64,000 nt of DNA from the human T2T-CHM13v2.0 reference genome, Homo sapiens, in assembly GCF_009914755.1 (NCBI RefSeq), contig NC_060929.1; one strand, 5' to 3'. The notes beneath the pieces are model-generated. The model was not told the origin of the DNA. It did no database searches and was given only the letters and a program-made list of their open reading frames with translations. Numbering within the stretch: the first letter of the stretch is position 1; every line of letters starts with the position of its first letter. The position numbers were made by a program, and so were the translations under genes. Below, piece by piece: positions 1 through 17,709 of this stretch.

Positions 1-544
1 GTCCTACAAGCCTTGGACAATGTGAACTCTTTCCGTGGGAAATGCAGTGACCATTTCAAATCGTTGGGTAGTGAACTTTCCTGGTGGCTTTGTTTCCTCT
101 ACTGTAAAATGTGTAAAATCCACACTGATCATCCTTCAGCAGAATTGCTTCAAAACATAATAATGAAAATAATAATCAGTCACTGAAAGAGAACATGAGG
201 TCATGCTAGAGAATGTGAGGTTATTGTCATGCTAACTTTATGCATTGAATATTATAATAACACTCTTCTGTATGTCATCACAATTAAGACTAGTGTTTAT
301 GAAAACAAGCCATCAATGTCATGTCTTTCCACTCTTTTCCCCAATTCATTACTACTTCTTGGCATCCAGGTGCCCTCCCTCTGGGTGCAGGCCAATCATT
401 TTGGAACAGAGGTTACTCAGAACCAGGCTTGTCTCTAGTGGCCTCCTGGGTGTCTTGTGTCTAGTGATCCTTGGCACCCTGCAGCCTTAGCTCACCTTCT
501 GTATCACAAAGACAGGGGTATCAAAGGGCAAAGGGGAAAGTCTA

Positions 545-1006
<462 letters not shown>

Positions 1007-1999
1007 TTAAAGCCAGTGGCCCTGCGTGGATTGTTCTTCTTATTTGTTTACATAACCCATGACAGATGCCAAGTCAAGCAGTGGAGGAAGAGCAGGCAGC
1101 ACAGAGTGTCACTCAGATGAGCCCTTCCCTGCCCTTGCCTTTTCCACTTTCCATGAGGAGGCCAGCAGACACTTTGGGGCTGCTGTAAACCTTCAGTTAA
1201 ATGGCAGCTCAGTGACAATGACAGCAAAGCTGCATTCCCCCATGGCAGACACGCCATGTGGGCACTTCCTCAGGTCTGCTGGGAAAATCGGAGCGTCATG
1301 TGCAAACCCTGCTGGAGGCACAGCAGGAAGTGACCAGGCACAGGCTGGGCAGTCCTTCTTCCGCCCCTGAGTCACTGCCACATGCATGAGAAGGGAACTC
1401 AGTGCAGGCTAGACAGAAAAGGTGGAGGCTCAGGCAAGAGGATCAGGAAGACATTTAGATAAAGAGGATGACGAAGTTAACACAACACCCACAACCCCAC
1501 GCACACAGAGATTTACACTCACACACGCACTTGGCATCTGTCCTCAGTGAAGAGCAATTAAAGACACACCCCCTCAGATTCAAACAAGCAAGCATTAAAC
1601 GGATTGCAATTATTCTGGAACAAACATAATTCCAATTTGTGTTCCCAGTATCTATGCAGCAAACCCGAATTTCCTAAACTAGCACCAACTTCCTTTTACT
1701 ACACCCACACCTACTTTCCTATTTCAATACGGTCCCCAAGATACATGGAATTTGGAAATATATCAATCCCATTCTTTTCTCCTTGCATTGACTTTTTCCA
1801 TTCCTCCCAACCTTCCAGAAAATATTTGGCCTCTCTCTCTAAATCTATTCCTGGATTCATGCAATAAGTATTTTTTGAGTATAGTGAGTAGCTGTTACAT
1901 GCCAGGCACTGTACTAAGTGATAGGAACACAGCAATATGCAGAAGACACCAGAGCCCTGTTCCCACAGAGTCTGTTATCTTAATGCAAATTCCTATTTC

Positions 2000-2343
<344 letters not shown>

Positions 2344-2621
2344 TAACTCATGGCAAAATTGCCCATACCAATATTTGGCAATTAATACTCTGCTTTATTT
2401 TTGTTCATTGTTCTATTGTATTGTTATTTAACACTTTATAGGTATCTACATGGTCTTATTAAATGAACTCTACAAGATCTATGAGGACAAAGACCTCATT
2501 TAAATTTTTCTTTGTATTTAATAGCTGTCTTGGGGAGCATGGTGAAAATGAAAATATGTAACAAGATAATAAGAAAGAATGGAGGTCTTATCATTCCTTA
2601 TTTCACTAGCCAAGGCCTAAC

Positions 2622-2838
2622 CCAGGATTTCTCAACCTCAATACTATTGATATTTTGGACCTAATAATTCTGTGTTGAGAGGGCCTGTCCTATGTATCAT
2701 AGGATGTTCAGCAAAGTGCCCTCGGCCTCTTTCTATTAGATGCCAGAAACACTCTTTTCCCATCTGTCACAACTAAAAATGTCTCCAAACATTGCCAAAC
2801 ATCCTCAAGAGTTGAACAGGAACAACACTAACCACTGG
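2622..2838 (+). mobile_element. MER20 (hAT-Charlie) fossil
   Basis: TTTCTCAACCTC..ACTATTGATATTTTGG and ACAACTAAAAATGTCTCCAAACATTGCCAAA hallmark segments. Confidence 0.85.
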
Positions 2839-3430
2839 CTCACAATATATCTGATATGTCTTGAGCTTCCTTTCTTGTTTCTATGTCATTAAATTCATAC
2901 ACACATGTGATATTGACATTGAAACAAACACAAATTTAATTTTATGTGTGACATATTTTCCCAAGGCATTAAAAAGTGATTGAGTAAGCTCAGTACACTA
3001 AAATGCAGCCCCTAGGGCCTAAGAGTGAGGAAGACAGATCCCAAGGGTCATAATTTGCTCCCCAAATCTATTTTGTGTCTTTGGAGAATTTCTTTAATAT
3101 TCCAACAGCTGTAAGTCTATAAAGCCCTCAAGACAATCTCCTGGGATAGTTAGTGCCTGCTTATTTAACTAGGGCTAGCTGGAATTCGTGGTCAAATTGC
3201 CATCATCCACATCCTTCCTGCAGTTTATAGTTCTAAATTCCCATCCCATGTGACTGCAGTAGTGCAGCCTCCTCCTTGCATGATACTAGTAGACTAGAAC
3301 CAGGAAGTCAAAGGGAATGTCACCTTTTCCTTTTGTGTGAGTGTGCTAGAGGGGCAATGTCAGCTCATGCTAAGGTTGAAAATTCTTCCTTTGAAAGATG
3401 GCCTGTCAAATGTGCCTTAGGAATCACTTA

Positions 3431-3737
<307 letters not shown>

Positions 3738-4469
3738 AAGAATCACTCTTAAATAAGATATAAAATTGCAGAACATATTTGTCCCTGGCATTCACCATTT
3801 AACAAAAATGTTATTAAATATTCTTATAGATTTTTTAAAAAGCTTCCTTCTGGATTTTTTTAAAAATAAGAATGAAGTCACAACTAATTGGAACCTAGAG
3901 ACATATACTTACAGGTTTGTTAGGACACTCCTGGGTGGGTTTCATGAGGAAGCAGAAGGAGGACTGGGGAATTGTGAAGCCTGCTTGATCGTAAGGTCTC
4001 TGAAGGCAGGGAGCGATCAAACCCTTCCACTCTCAGTACCTCCAGCACTTGGTACAGTGGTGGGCTTTTACATATAATATTCAGTTCAATAAATGTTTGT
4101 TGATTAAATAACTTCAATAAAACATATCTTATTTCTTTTTGGTCCTAGTTTGAGATGCGATTTGATATAAATAAATGTATATTATAAAATATTATACTTT
4201 ATATTTTAACATACAGTATATTTACATTATAGAAAATAAATTTATTATAAAAATGTGAATAAATTATTTTTTATATTTAATTATATAATTTAATATAAAT
4301 GGAAAACAAAATCTACACTGTGTGTTACTATGTGCCAAGCATTCTACTGGGTTCTTTCACATATGTTTCATTTCATTTACTTTAGATTTCTGTGTATATT
4401 CCCTCTTAGATCCTGAAGATACATGATAAACCAAAAATTAGTGATTATTTATAAAGCATCTATTCTTTA

Positions 4470-5540
<1,071 letters not shown>

Positions 5541-5892
5541 AAAGGCCCACGCAATGGCTTCTGAGAATCCATGAGTCCTCTGACACTGAAGCAATGAAGC
5601 ATGTGTGTGTTTTTCAGTAGAAGGGACCATCACTTCAACAGACTTTCAAGATTTACAATTTATGAGCATATTCTGGAGCATGATTTTACCTTATATACAA
5701 AGCTCCTAATTCTAGTTTCAAAATAGGATCATCATTCTGACTAGCCACTGATATCTGCTAGTAGCTAGTGGTTAAGATTTAGGTAATTGCAGAAATTTAA
5801 TTTTAATTTTGCCAAGGAAGATAATCCTGTTTAGTAACATAGCAGACAGCTGAATAACTGGGGGTCAGGTGTAGTGAACAGAATAGTTATCA

Positions 5893-6258
<366 letters not shown>

Positions 6259-6382
6259 AAAGGGAGAAAGAGTGAGAGAAAGAAAGGAAATAAAGAGAAG
6301 GAAGGAAGGAAGGAAGGAACAAAGAAAGAAGAAAGAAAGAAAGAGAGAGAGAGAGAGAAAGAAAGAGAGAGAGAGAGAGAAA

Positions 6383-6438
<56 letters not shown>

Positions 6439-6594
6439 AGAAGGAAGGAAGGAAAGGAGGGAGGGAGGAAGGAAGGAAGGATGGAAGGAAAGGAGGGAGG
6501 GAGGGAGGAAGGAAGGAAAGAAGGAAGGAAGGAAGGAAGGAGACATAAATAAATGAAGAAAAGAAAGAAAGGAAGGAAAGAAAGAGAGAGAAAG
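6259..6594 (+). repeat. Compound purine microsatellite (GAAG/GA/GAAA/GGAA/GGGA)n
   Basis: ~335 bp of almost pure A/G directly after the Alu tail. Confidence 0.97.
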
Positions 6595-6673
6595 ATCTGG
6601 TCATGGGTGCTGTTAACCTCATCTGCTTTGTCAGGACGTTACTTCATCTTTGTTCTCACTGTTTTTCTTACAG

Positions 6674-6727
6674 ATACACCATCTTCAGTGGGAAATGGTC
6701 ATCTAATTGTGGTGTTGAGTTCTTTCA
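6674..6727 (+). other. Candidate 54-nt internal exon
   Basis: CTCAC branch-like motif plus TTTTTCTTACAG acceptor; TCA|GTGAGT donor; motif evidence only. Confidence 0.3.
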
Positions 6728-7838
6728 GTGAGTTCTAGTCAGCTGGCAGAGTTAGTTGTGGCCCAGTTTATCAGGTCTCCCTTTTATGATCTTCATCATG
6801 GTAGATCATGAGAGACAGACAAAAGCAGTGAGGTGTTTGGAAAGGAGTTTTGGGAAGAATATCAAGGCATAACTTTTCACTAATCTGGACAAGAATAATC
6901 TAAGGATTCTAATTTCTGCTCCAAGGAGAGCGCATATATTGTTCCTTCCATCTCTTTCCACGCTTTCCCTGAAAGTGTTCTTTACCCAATTACACTAACG
7001 AATGTGTAACCTTGTGGTAATGCACCCAGATCAATACAGAAGCAGCCCCATAGAATTAGGTCACTCTAATGGAGATGGCCCACCCACTTGTGAAAAAACA
7101 TGCTGCTAATTGAGTCAGAGCCACAGAGCAGTCTTCGGTTTCCATGTGGAGGGGAGAAGAGTCGCAGTGCAAACGGCGATCCCGTCCAACATGTTCATGA
7201 GCAAGGTGATACATTCACACCTCCCTTTTCTCTGTTTTTTTGTGAGAAATCTATGCACCGGAGGGAAGTGTACTTGCACAAAAATCCAGGATGGAAAATA
7301 AACTAAAGGGTTTTTTACTAACCATTCCACATGTAGTCTCTTGTAGACTCTTGTCCATCACAGGCAGGAATTTTATTTGTGTTTGTTATTGATGACCACT
7401 TTTGGCACTTTTGGCGAGACTTTTGGCAGAGGGTACGATGAGGAGAGAAACACTGGTTTGGTTTAGAAAGTAACTTTATGGTCATACCTTCTTTATACCT
7501 ACTATCTGCATTATGTAGTCTTTCTCTAAATGTTTGTTCAGGTTATTCAGTACTTGGTTTTCCCATTGACATCATCTGCAAAAATAATGGGAAATAGCAA
7601 AGTTCAACCTGATATTTTTAAACAAGATTACAAGTGTCTTACAATTTCTGAGTGTCTTGCAAACTCATTTCTTACAAATCCTAAGTGGTAGAGACTTTGT
7701 GGGCAATTTTCATCTTCTTGGAGAATCCTCTTTAGTTTCCCACATCTGTAATGACTCTACTTCCTAGCTAGGAGTGTTGAAAATATATCTTTTAGAATAG
7801 TTGCTGTTATAAAGCAGAAAATTTTTGAACTGAGAATG

Positions 7839-7849
7839 GTGTGTGTGTA

Positions 7850-7888
<39 letters not shown>

Positions 7889-7905
7889 AAGAAAGAGAGA
7901 GAGAG
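7839..7905 (+). repeat. (GT)n(GA)n compound microsatellite
   Basis: Direct reading. Confidence 0.97.
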
Positions 7906-8015
7906 TTGTGTGCATATATGGCATAAGTTCCTCTCTGCCAAACTGCCTAAAAGAGTAAAATAAATTATTAAGACTTTTAAACGTAAGTTGAAGGCTGAGA
8001 TGCTGCCTGGAGGAT

Positions 8016-8040
8016 ACACACACACACACACACACACACA
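8016..8040 (+). repeat. (AC)12 microsatellite
   Basis: Direct reading. Confidence 0.97.
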
Positions 8041-8655
8041 TGCTCACACAATATCTGTGTATTTACAGATTCATGTACATATATGTGTGTATATACAATT
8101 CTCCATGGCACACACACTATCCCTTTCAACAGTTGTCCTATTGCTCTTCATCAAAGTACCTCACTGACTCCTCTCCAAAGCTGACTGAGGGGAAAATCTT
8201 TGATCCTCTTTTCCCGTGCTTAAGGGCCTCCTTAAGGGCAAATTAGGAACTCAGTTACATTACCTTCTCAGGAAGTGATAAACTAAATGTGACCCTAGTG
8301 ACTTAAAAGAGTGTGCATTTCCAAGCATCATATTCACTCTCCTGCATGCATGTACAAGATGGAAAAACCAAATGCATATACTCAGTTTCCCCCAAAGTTT
8401 TAAAAAAGTTCCTTTGGGATTTGTGATTAGTGGGCTGAGCCATAGTTTACTTTTGCATGTTTCTACCTAAACAAGGACATGTTTAATCAACTAATAATAT
8501 CAATTAAAATGTAGTATTGTAATAGAGACAGGGTTTATAGTCACCAGGCTTGGTTTGAATCCCACCTCTGCTGTTTGTTGTAGATGGGGAGGACTGTCTA
8601 TCTCACTTCCAAGAGTGGCGCTGAGGGTGACGGGAGATGATGAAGAAATGACTAT

Positions 8656-9066
8656 TGTTATGAGCTGAATTGTGTCTCCCTGTTCCCCCGCCACACATGC
8701 AAAATTCATGTGTTGCGGCCCTAACTCCAAGTACCTCAGAATGTAACTGTATGAGTATTTAGAGATAGGGCCTTTGAAGAGGTAATTAAGGTAATATGAG
8801 GGCATATAGGTAGACCCTAATTCAATATATCTAACATTATTTTATGAAGAGGCGATTAGGACACGTACACATGACAAGAGACCATGTGAAGGCATAAAAA
8901 AATGCAACCATCTACATGCTATGAAGAGAGGCCTCCAGAAGAAACCAACCCCGACAATGCCTTGTTCTTGGACTTCTAGCATCCAGAATTGTTAGGAAAT
9001 GAATCTGTGTTGTTTAAGTCACGTAGTCTGTGGTACTTTATTATGGCAGTCCTGGCAAACTAATAC
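8656..9066 (+). mobile_element. MLT1B-like MaLR solo LTR
   Basis: TGTTATGAGCTGAATTGTGTC..GTACCTCAGAATGTAACTGTA..TTATGGCAGTCCTGGCAAACTAATAC. Confidence 0.88.
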
Positions 9067-9993
9067 TAAACTGTAAAACTAACTAAAACCTACTAAACTG
9101 TAAAACCAACTAAACTGTAAAACTCCATAAAAGTTGGAACATTAGCATCCTACCACTGACAACAAATTGTTGTTAAATGTTTTGTTTCTCTACAAATATG
9201 TATGTTTAAAATTCTAATTATAGGTAATTTATATCTTTTTATTTTGAAAAGCAACTCTAACTTAAAAGATTATTAGCTCTTACCTTATTTTTAAACTTCA
9301 AAATAATGACAATTGAATGTAGACTTTTTGGTGATTAACTCTAGCTTTTCATTTAATTTGTCTAAATTATTTTTGTGTGTCTTGTATGTTACAGACAATG
9401 GGAATTGTGACCTTATAAAAATGCCATATACATACTTAAAGTTGTGAATGACGTGAACTCTTGAGTTCTTATTTGTTTGTTTATTGTATTCAAATCTGTG
9501 TATTTGGAGCTCTTTGGATTTTAAATTTGATACACCAACACAATTTTACAATATGTCAATTTTAAAATTTTTCAAAGTACACAATACTGACAATATATAA
9601 CAAAGAATGAGTCAAAAGGGCAAAATATATATATTATATATATAAATATTTTGCATTTTAAAATACACACACACACACGCAATTCGTCACTAGTGTTTGA
9701 GAACAACCAAATAAATATATGTAGATTTTGTCACAAAAAAGAAAGCATGTAAAGTGGTTTGGAAAGGCATAAGAGAGGGTCATCAATCTCCAGAATAAAA
9801 GGTAGCAGTGAGCAAAGGGGAGCAGGCAGAAGTCAGAATGGATAGGTCTTAGTCGGCTGCAGCTGCCATTGCGAAATACCACAGACTGGCTGGCTTGAGC
9901 AACAGATGTTTTCTCACAGCTCTGAAAGCTAGAAGTCCAAGACCAAGGTGCTGTCAGGGTTAGTTTCTGATGAGGCCTGTCTTCTAACTTCTT

Positions 9994-12120
<2,127 letters not shown>

Positions 12121-12200
12121 CTAACTTCTTATTATGTCCTCACAAGGCCTTGCTTCTGTGTGTGTGCAGAGAGAGATCTCTGGTATCCCTTTTTATTCTT

Positions 12201-12499
12201 TTTTTGTTGTTGTTTTTTTGAGACGGAGTCTCACTCTGTCACCCAGGTTGGAGTGCAGTGGTGTGATCTCGGCTCACTGCAACCTCCGCCTCCTGGGTTC
12301 AAGCAATTCTCCTGCCTCAGCCTCCTGAGTAGCTGAGACTACAGGCACCCACCACCACGCCTGGCTAATTTTTGTATTTTTTAGTAGAGATGGGGTTTCT
12401 CCATACTGGCCAGGCTGTTCTCAAACTCCTGACCTCATGATCCACCCCCCTCAGCCTCCCAAGGTGCTGGGATTACAGGCCTGAGCCACCACACCCGGC
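12201..12499 (-). mobile_element. Alu (AluSg-like)
   Basis: Reverse Alu; TSD TCCCT(T/A)TTTATTCTT on both sides. Confidence 0.95.
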
Positions 12500-12662
12500 T
12501 CCCTATTTATTCTTATAAGGAAGTCCTTTCAGATTAATGCCCTACCCTTATAACCTCATTTAACACTTGTTACCTCCTTAGAGGACCTTTCTCCAAATAC
12601 AGTCACGTTGGGGGTTGGAACTTCAACATATGCATTTTTGAAGAACAGGATTCAGTCAATAA

Positions 12663-14139
12663 AATTCTGCCTTATAGGCTTCCAAAACTCATCTTTCTTG
12701 TACGCAAAAAATTTTCACCTCATTTCACCCACAAATTCTTACTCCAATCCAGCATTAATTCCAAGTCCAAAGTCTCACTAAAAGTCATCGACATGAGGTA
12801 TGGGTGAAACTTTGGGTATTATTCCTCCTGAGACAAAATTCCTCTCCAGCTGTCCATCTGTGAAACCAGATAAGCTACATGCTTCCAAAATACGATGGTG
12901 GGACAGATATAAGATAGACATTCCCATTCCAAAAGGGAGAAATGGAAAAGAAATAAGGGCTCTGGGTCCCAAATAAAACCAAAACCTGGCCAGATAAATT
13001 CTGTTAGGCTTTAAGGCTCAGGAATAATCTTTGGGCAGATGTTCTGCCTTCTGTCCACTGAGGTGGCAGTGGCCATTCCCATGGCACAAGGTGGTAGCCG
13101 CACCCCCTCAGCTCTGTGCAGCACCCCCCTACCACCACCACATTGAGCAGCCTCGCCCACTGAAATTGAGGAAGTAGGGAGGTGGCCTCACCTTCTGAAA
13201 TCAAGGAGGAAACAGCCTTGCCCCCAGGGTCAGTACCCTCTGGGTGAGAGTTGCAGCCCTGATGATTTCGGAATCATCTTCAGAGTCAGTCTTCCATTTT
13301 CTTTAAGGATAAAGCATATTTGCAGCCAAGTAGCTCTATTGGAACATCAGAAAACTGAAGCCTTCCTTCTGTCTCTGTCTCCTTTTGTTCATATTTGACA
13401 GTGTTTTTGCTGATATAATCTCATTTCTCTTCCTGGCTTCTGCTGAAATAACTGATTAAAGTAAAAAATAATCTCTTTATGGAGTGATTGTCCAGCCCAT
13501 CCTTGGTGTTCTCTCTAGAACATGCTTTCTCACTTTTTGCAATATGGATAGGCTGAGAATTTTCCAAATCTTCAAGTTCTGGTTCCTTTTTGCAAAATAG
13601 TTCCTTCAATTTCTCTCTCTTCTCTTGCATTTTACTATAGGCAATAAAAAGAAACCAGGCCACACCTTGGAAGCTGCTCAGAAATCCACTCAGGTAAATA
13701 TTCAGTTTCATCACTCACAAGTTCAACCTTCCACAAAACACTAGATGACAATTCCGCCAAACTCTTTGCCAATTTATAACAAGGATTGTCTTTCCTCCAG
13801 TTTCCAATGACGCATTTCTAATTTCTGTCTGAGATCTAATCAGAATCACCTTTCATGTTCACATTTCTACCAACACTCTGTTCATGATGATGTATGTATT
13901 CTCTAAGATGATAGAAACTTTCCCTACAGCTCTCCTTTTTTTGTCTTCTGAGCCCTCACCAGAATTGCCTTTAATTTCCATATTTCTTTCTACCAACAGT
14001 CCCTTCAAGGAAATCTAGGCTTTTTCTACCATGCACCTCAAAACTCTTCCAACTCTACCTATTACCCAGTTCCAAAGCCATTCCCACATTTGTAAGTAAT
14101 TGTTACAGCAGCAACATCTCATTTAACAGTACCAAAATC
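12663..14139 (-). mobile_element. MLT1 internal region (MLT-int)
   Basis: ACATTCCCATTCCAAAAGGGAGAAATGG, ACCCAGTTCCAAAGCCATTCCCACATT and GTACCAAAATC next to the LTR are typical MaLR-int segments. Confidence 0.85.
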
Positions 14140-14534
14140 TGTATTAATTTGCTAGGGTTGCCATAACAAAATACCACAGACTGTGTGACTTAAACAACAA
14201 AAATTTGTGTTCTCCTGATATCTAGAGGCTGTAAGTCCAAGGTGCCACCAGAGTTGGATTCTGGAGAGACCTCTATTCCTGGCTTGCAGACAGTTGGCTT
14301 CTCACTGTGTCCTTACATGGCCTTTCCTCTGTGCATGTGTGAAAGAAGAGGGATCTTTGGTGTCTCTTCCTCTTCTTAGAAGGAAACCAGTCCTGTTGGA
14401 TTAGGATCCATCCTTTCAGCTGATTTAACATTAATTCCCTCATTCCCTCCTTAAAGGCCCTATTTGCAATATAGTCAAAATAGACGTTGGCTTCAACATA
14501 TTGATTTCATAGGGACACAATCCAGTCCTTATCA
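14140..14534 (-). mobile_element. 5' LTR of MLT1(A/B-type) provirus
   Basis: TGTATTAATTTGCTAGGGTTGCCATAACAAAATACCACAGACTG...GGACACAATCCAGTCCTTATCA. Confidence 0.88.
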
Positions 14535-15004
14535 GGACCCAAAGGGTGTATTTAAAAGCTTTGCTTAGGTATACAGAGAGATAAAGGATGGGCCAGAAGT
14601 AGAACTGGAATCATAACCTCCTGAACCTAGAGAGAACTTCAAGAAGTCATCTCTTATCATTTGGCTTCAGAAAGTAAGTGGTCAGGAAACCTAGAGGAGA
14701 TGATTGTCTATTCTCTTTTCAATATCCCTGAGTGTGGATGGCCTTTCTAAAGTACAGGACTTCCTCATGCTAATAAAAATCTTTCCTCTTCTCATCCCCC
14801 ACAATCATCAAGAATGATTCACACATCATGCACACAACAGGAATTCACATCACTTAATTCTCACAGTAGAAAATAATACAGAACGAAAAGCCATGTTTCC
14901 TATCCTAAAGAAACCAAGGCAATCATTGAGGGAATAAGAATAGTCATATGGATTGATTCATCCAGAAACATCTGTCATCAAATCACCTCTTTTGTCTTAG
15001 TGGA

Positions 15005-15175
15005 AACTGCATCAGATTGGAAGTCAGGAGACCTGGGCTCTGGTCCCAGGTTGACCATCACTTAGTGATATAGACATGATGAATTCGACCCTTTTTGTAT
15101 CTGCATTTCCTTGTATGTAAAATGGTGGTAGGTGACTGTTGAACTAAAAAAATCTCTAAATATCTTTCAATTCTT
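15005..15175 (+). mobile_element. MIR-family SINE
   Basis: GGAAGTCAGGAGACCTGGGCTCTGGTCCCAG..TTTCCTTGTATGTAAAATGG core. Confidence 0.7.
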
Positions 15176-16286
15176 TAAGCATTTCTAATAATCCACAATT
15201 GTCTATTTAATATTTTTTTAAACCTCCCTGACACAGTCTTACAGGCTCTATTGCCCAATACTTCAATTACTTTTGTGTTTCATTTTACTATAAAGTGCAG
15301 GGACTAAAACTGGAAACTGCATTCTAATAAATCTTCAACTAATGCTGAATATAGCAAAAAACAATTATTCCTGGCCTTGGATATAATTCTTCTTTTATAA
15401 CTTCTCAGTATCATGTCTCTCTTTTCCCACAATGGAAATCTGGCTGAGAATTTTGTTACCAAAAATAAGGTTGAATATGATACAACATAAAAGCGTGAAG
15501 AGACCAGTGGAGGACCCAATAATGTTTGCAATGAATCCAAAACTAGAAATATTCATTTTTACACAAAGCAGATTAATTGAATAATTGACAATATCCCTTT
15601 CCCTTGTTTTCTATGAAAGGGCAATGTTTTGTTTAGAAGGAATTAGATACTTTGCTGCATTTGAGAAAGAAATGAAACATTGTGTAAATTATGATGTATG
15701 ACAGCGATCCTAATATTTTCTTCCATTGACTCTGAGTGTCAGACCCAGCTCAAGTAGGGAAGCCTGTCATTTAGAGTGTAACCTTTCAGAAGACTTGTAC
15801 GTTCCTGCATTTCTGAGGTTAAATCTGTTTGTGTTGGTACGTGGACCTATGGTGCCTTGAAATTTGATTACAAAACTTTGCATACTAAATAATATTTTTT
15901 GAGGTACAGATTGTTTTTGTTTAATAATAGTAGTTCTCTATTAGAAAGATCTTCAGATGATGTAATTGCCATATATTGCACTGAAAGTTGAAGAGGATAA
16001 GGTTCAAGTCTTAAATTCTCAGACACCGGTTAAGGAGAGGCTAAGAATGTTACAGAAATGATAAGCTCGGTCTCTTGGAAAGAGATCTGCACTTTTTAAT
16101 TTTCAGCACCTTTTGTTCATAAGACCCCCTTAATATGAGAATCGAAAAAGCTGCCTACATCCCAAAGACTGAGCATAGTTAATGAAAAGGAAATCTAAAA
16201 TATTTGACAATGGTAATTAGCTGATACATAAATACTATTGATAACTCATTTCAAAGTGTAAATGTGCATTTATTCTCTTTGCATAG

Positions 16287-16320
16287 GATGAATGCGCAAG
16301 AGGACTGCGTGTAAAGAAAG
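16287..16320 (+). other. Candidate 34-nt micro-exon
   Basis: TTTATTCTCTTTGCATAG acceptor and AAG|GTAAGA donor in apparently unique sequence. Confidence 0.35.
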
Positions 16321-17242
16321 GTAAGAACATTCACAGGTAGATCACTCAAAGTATTGGTGAAATGTACATTAGTCTTAAGTACATTATTTCAGACACAAAT
16401 TAGACAGTAGGAAAATAAAGTGTGACAAGAGAGGGCAAGAGACTCAAGAAGCCCACCTTGGAAAGCTTGACAGGAGAAGCCACCCATTTCTTATTTTTAT
16501 CCTCTTGGAGTAGAATTCCTCACAGGGGCTTCACATTCCTTGGGCTCAGACATGATTAAACATCATATCTTTAAAAATGTTTTCCTATTCCAAGCTGAGG
16601 AATATATAAATAACCCCTTTCCAGCTACCACTCCTTGGCCTGGAATTCAAGCCGAGTGTCTTCTGGGCTTCAGTCTGCTTTGACGAGGCTCCATATAAGA
16701 ACAACAGCAAAAGGCCACCATGCTGAGCAGCCTGGGAATCTGCATGCTGAATGCACAGGAACGCAGCAGTGAGCAGTAATGGAGGCCTTGTTTTTTTGTG
16801 CCTTGAAATGTTTTAAAAAGGAACAATGAAGTTGTAGCCACATGGTGAACTGAAGGAGGTTTGAACCAACTCAGATCGGGAACAAAGGTTCTAAAATCCC
16901 TCTCAATGGCTGGTATTGATAAGGGACACAGGGCTTTCCTGAGCAAGCACATACAAAGACTTTTATGTCTGTTAAGAGTCAGGATGCATCAGAATTTACA
17001 TCTAACATCATCATAAGTCACCCCAACTGTGATCTGTATGGAGAAGTTAATATGCCAGGGGCCTTGCTTGGGGAGAGAGGACTGGCACTTGCCTTACCTA
17101 GTCCAGTCCTGACCTGCCTCTCCAATCTTTTCTCCCTCTACTACCCTGCACACCAGCCAACATGATGACTCTTTTTACTCTAAAGCAGTCATCTACATTC
17201 CTACATCTATCCTTTTTCTCTCACAGTGAAGGCCCTACTACC

Positions 17243-17385
17243 TCTCCTTCCTTCCCTCCCTCCCTCACTTCCTTCCTTCCTTCTTTCCTTCCTTCCTTCC
17301 TGTTTTCTCTCCCTTCCTCCCTACAAGCTTCCTTCCTTTTTTTCTTTCATCTTTCTCTCTCTCCCCTCCAACTGCCTCTCTTCTC
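17243..17385 (+). repeat. CT-rich (TTCC)n low-complexity tract
   Basis: Direct reading. Confidence 0.9.
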
Positions 17386-17486
17386 CCACCGTCTCATTTA
17401 AGTTTTGTTCTCCCTCAATCCAAGTTACAGTGTCATTTCATTCCAAAACAATTTCCCTGTAAATCATAGACCAATATTTTTAAAAC

Positions 17487-17643
17487 TATGTTCCTCAAAC
17501 TATCTGGTTCAGAATGAAATGCCAGTTTCTGAGCTCCCACCCTAGACCCACAGAGTAAGACTCTGTTGTTATAAGAGCCAAGGACCTGCATTTTAACAAG
17601 CTCCCCAGGTGATGCCAATGCTCACTAAAGTTTGAGAACCTCT
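17487..17643. mobile_element. MER5-family (hAT-Charlie)
   Basis: CTGCATTTTAACAAGCTCCCCAGGTGAT..AAGTTTGAGAACC. Confidence 0.8.
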
Positions 17644-17709
17644 CCCACAGCCTCATTGTGTATCCTTGTAGCAGATACTGTCAGTCAATATCCTGACGAT
17701 CTCGTATAG

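Noticed and set aside
7100-7330. Three overlapping short ORFs in mildly CpG-retaining unique sequence
   Set aside because: No recognisable protein similarity or exon boundaries; might be regulatory but cannot be supported from sequence
7839-8040. (GT)n and (AC)n tracts facing each other as a potential hairpin
   Set aside because: Common microsatellites; complementarity is expected from low complexity
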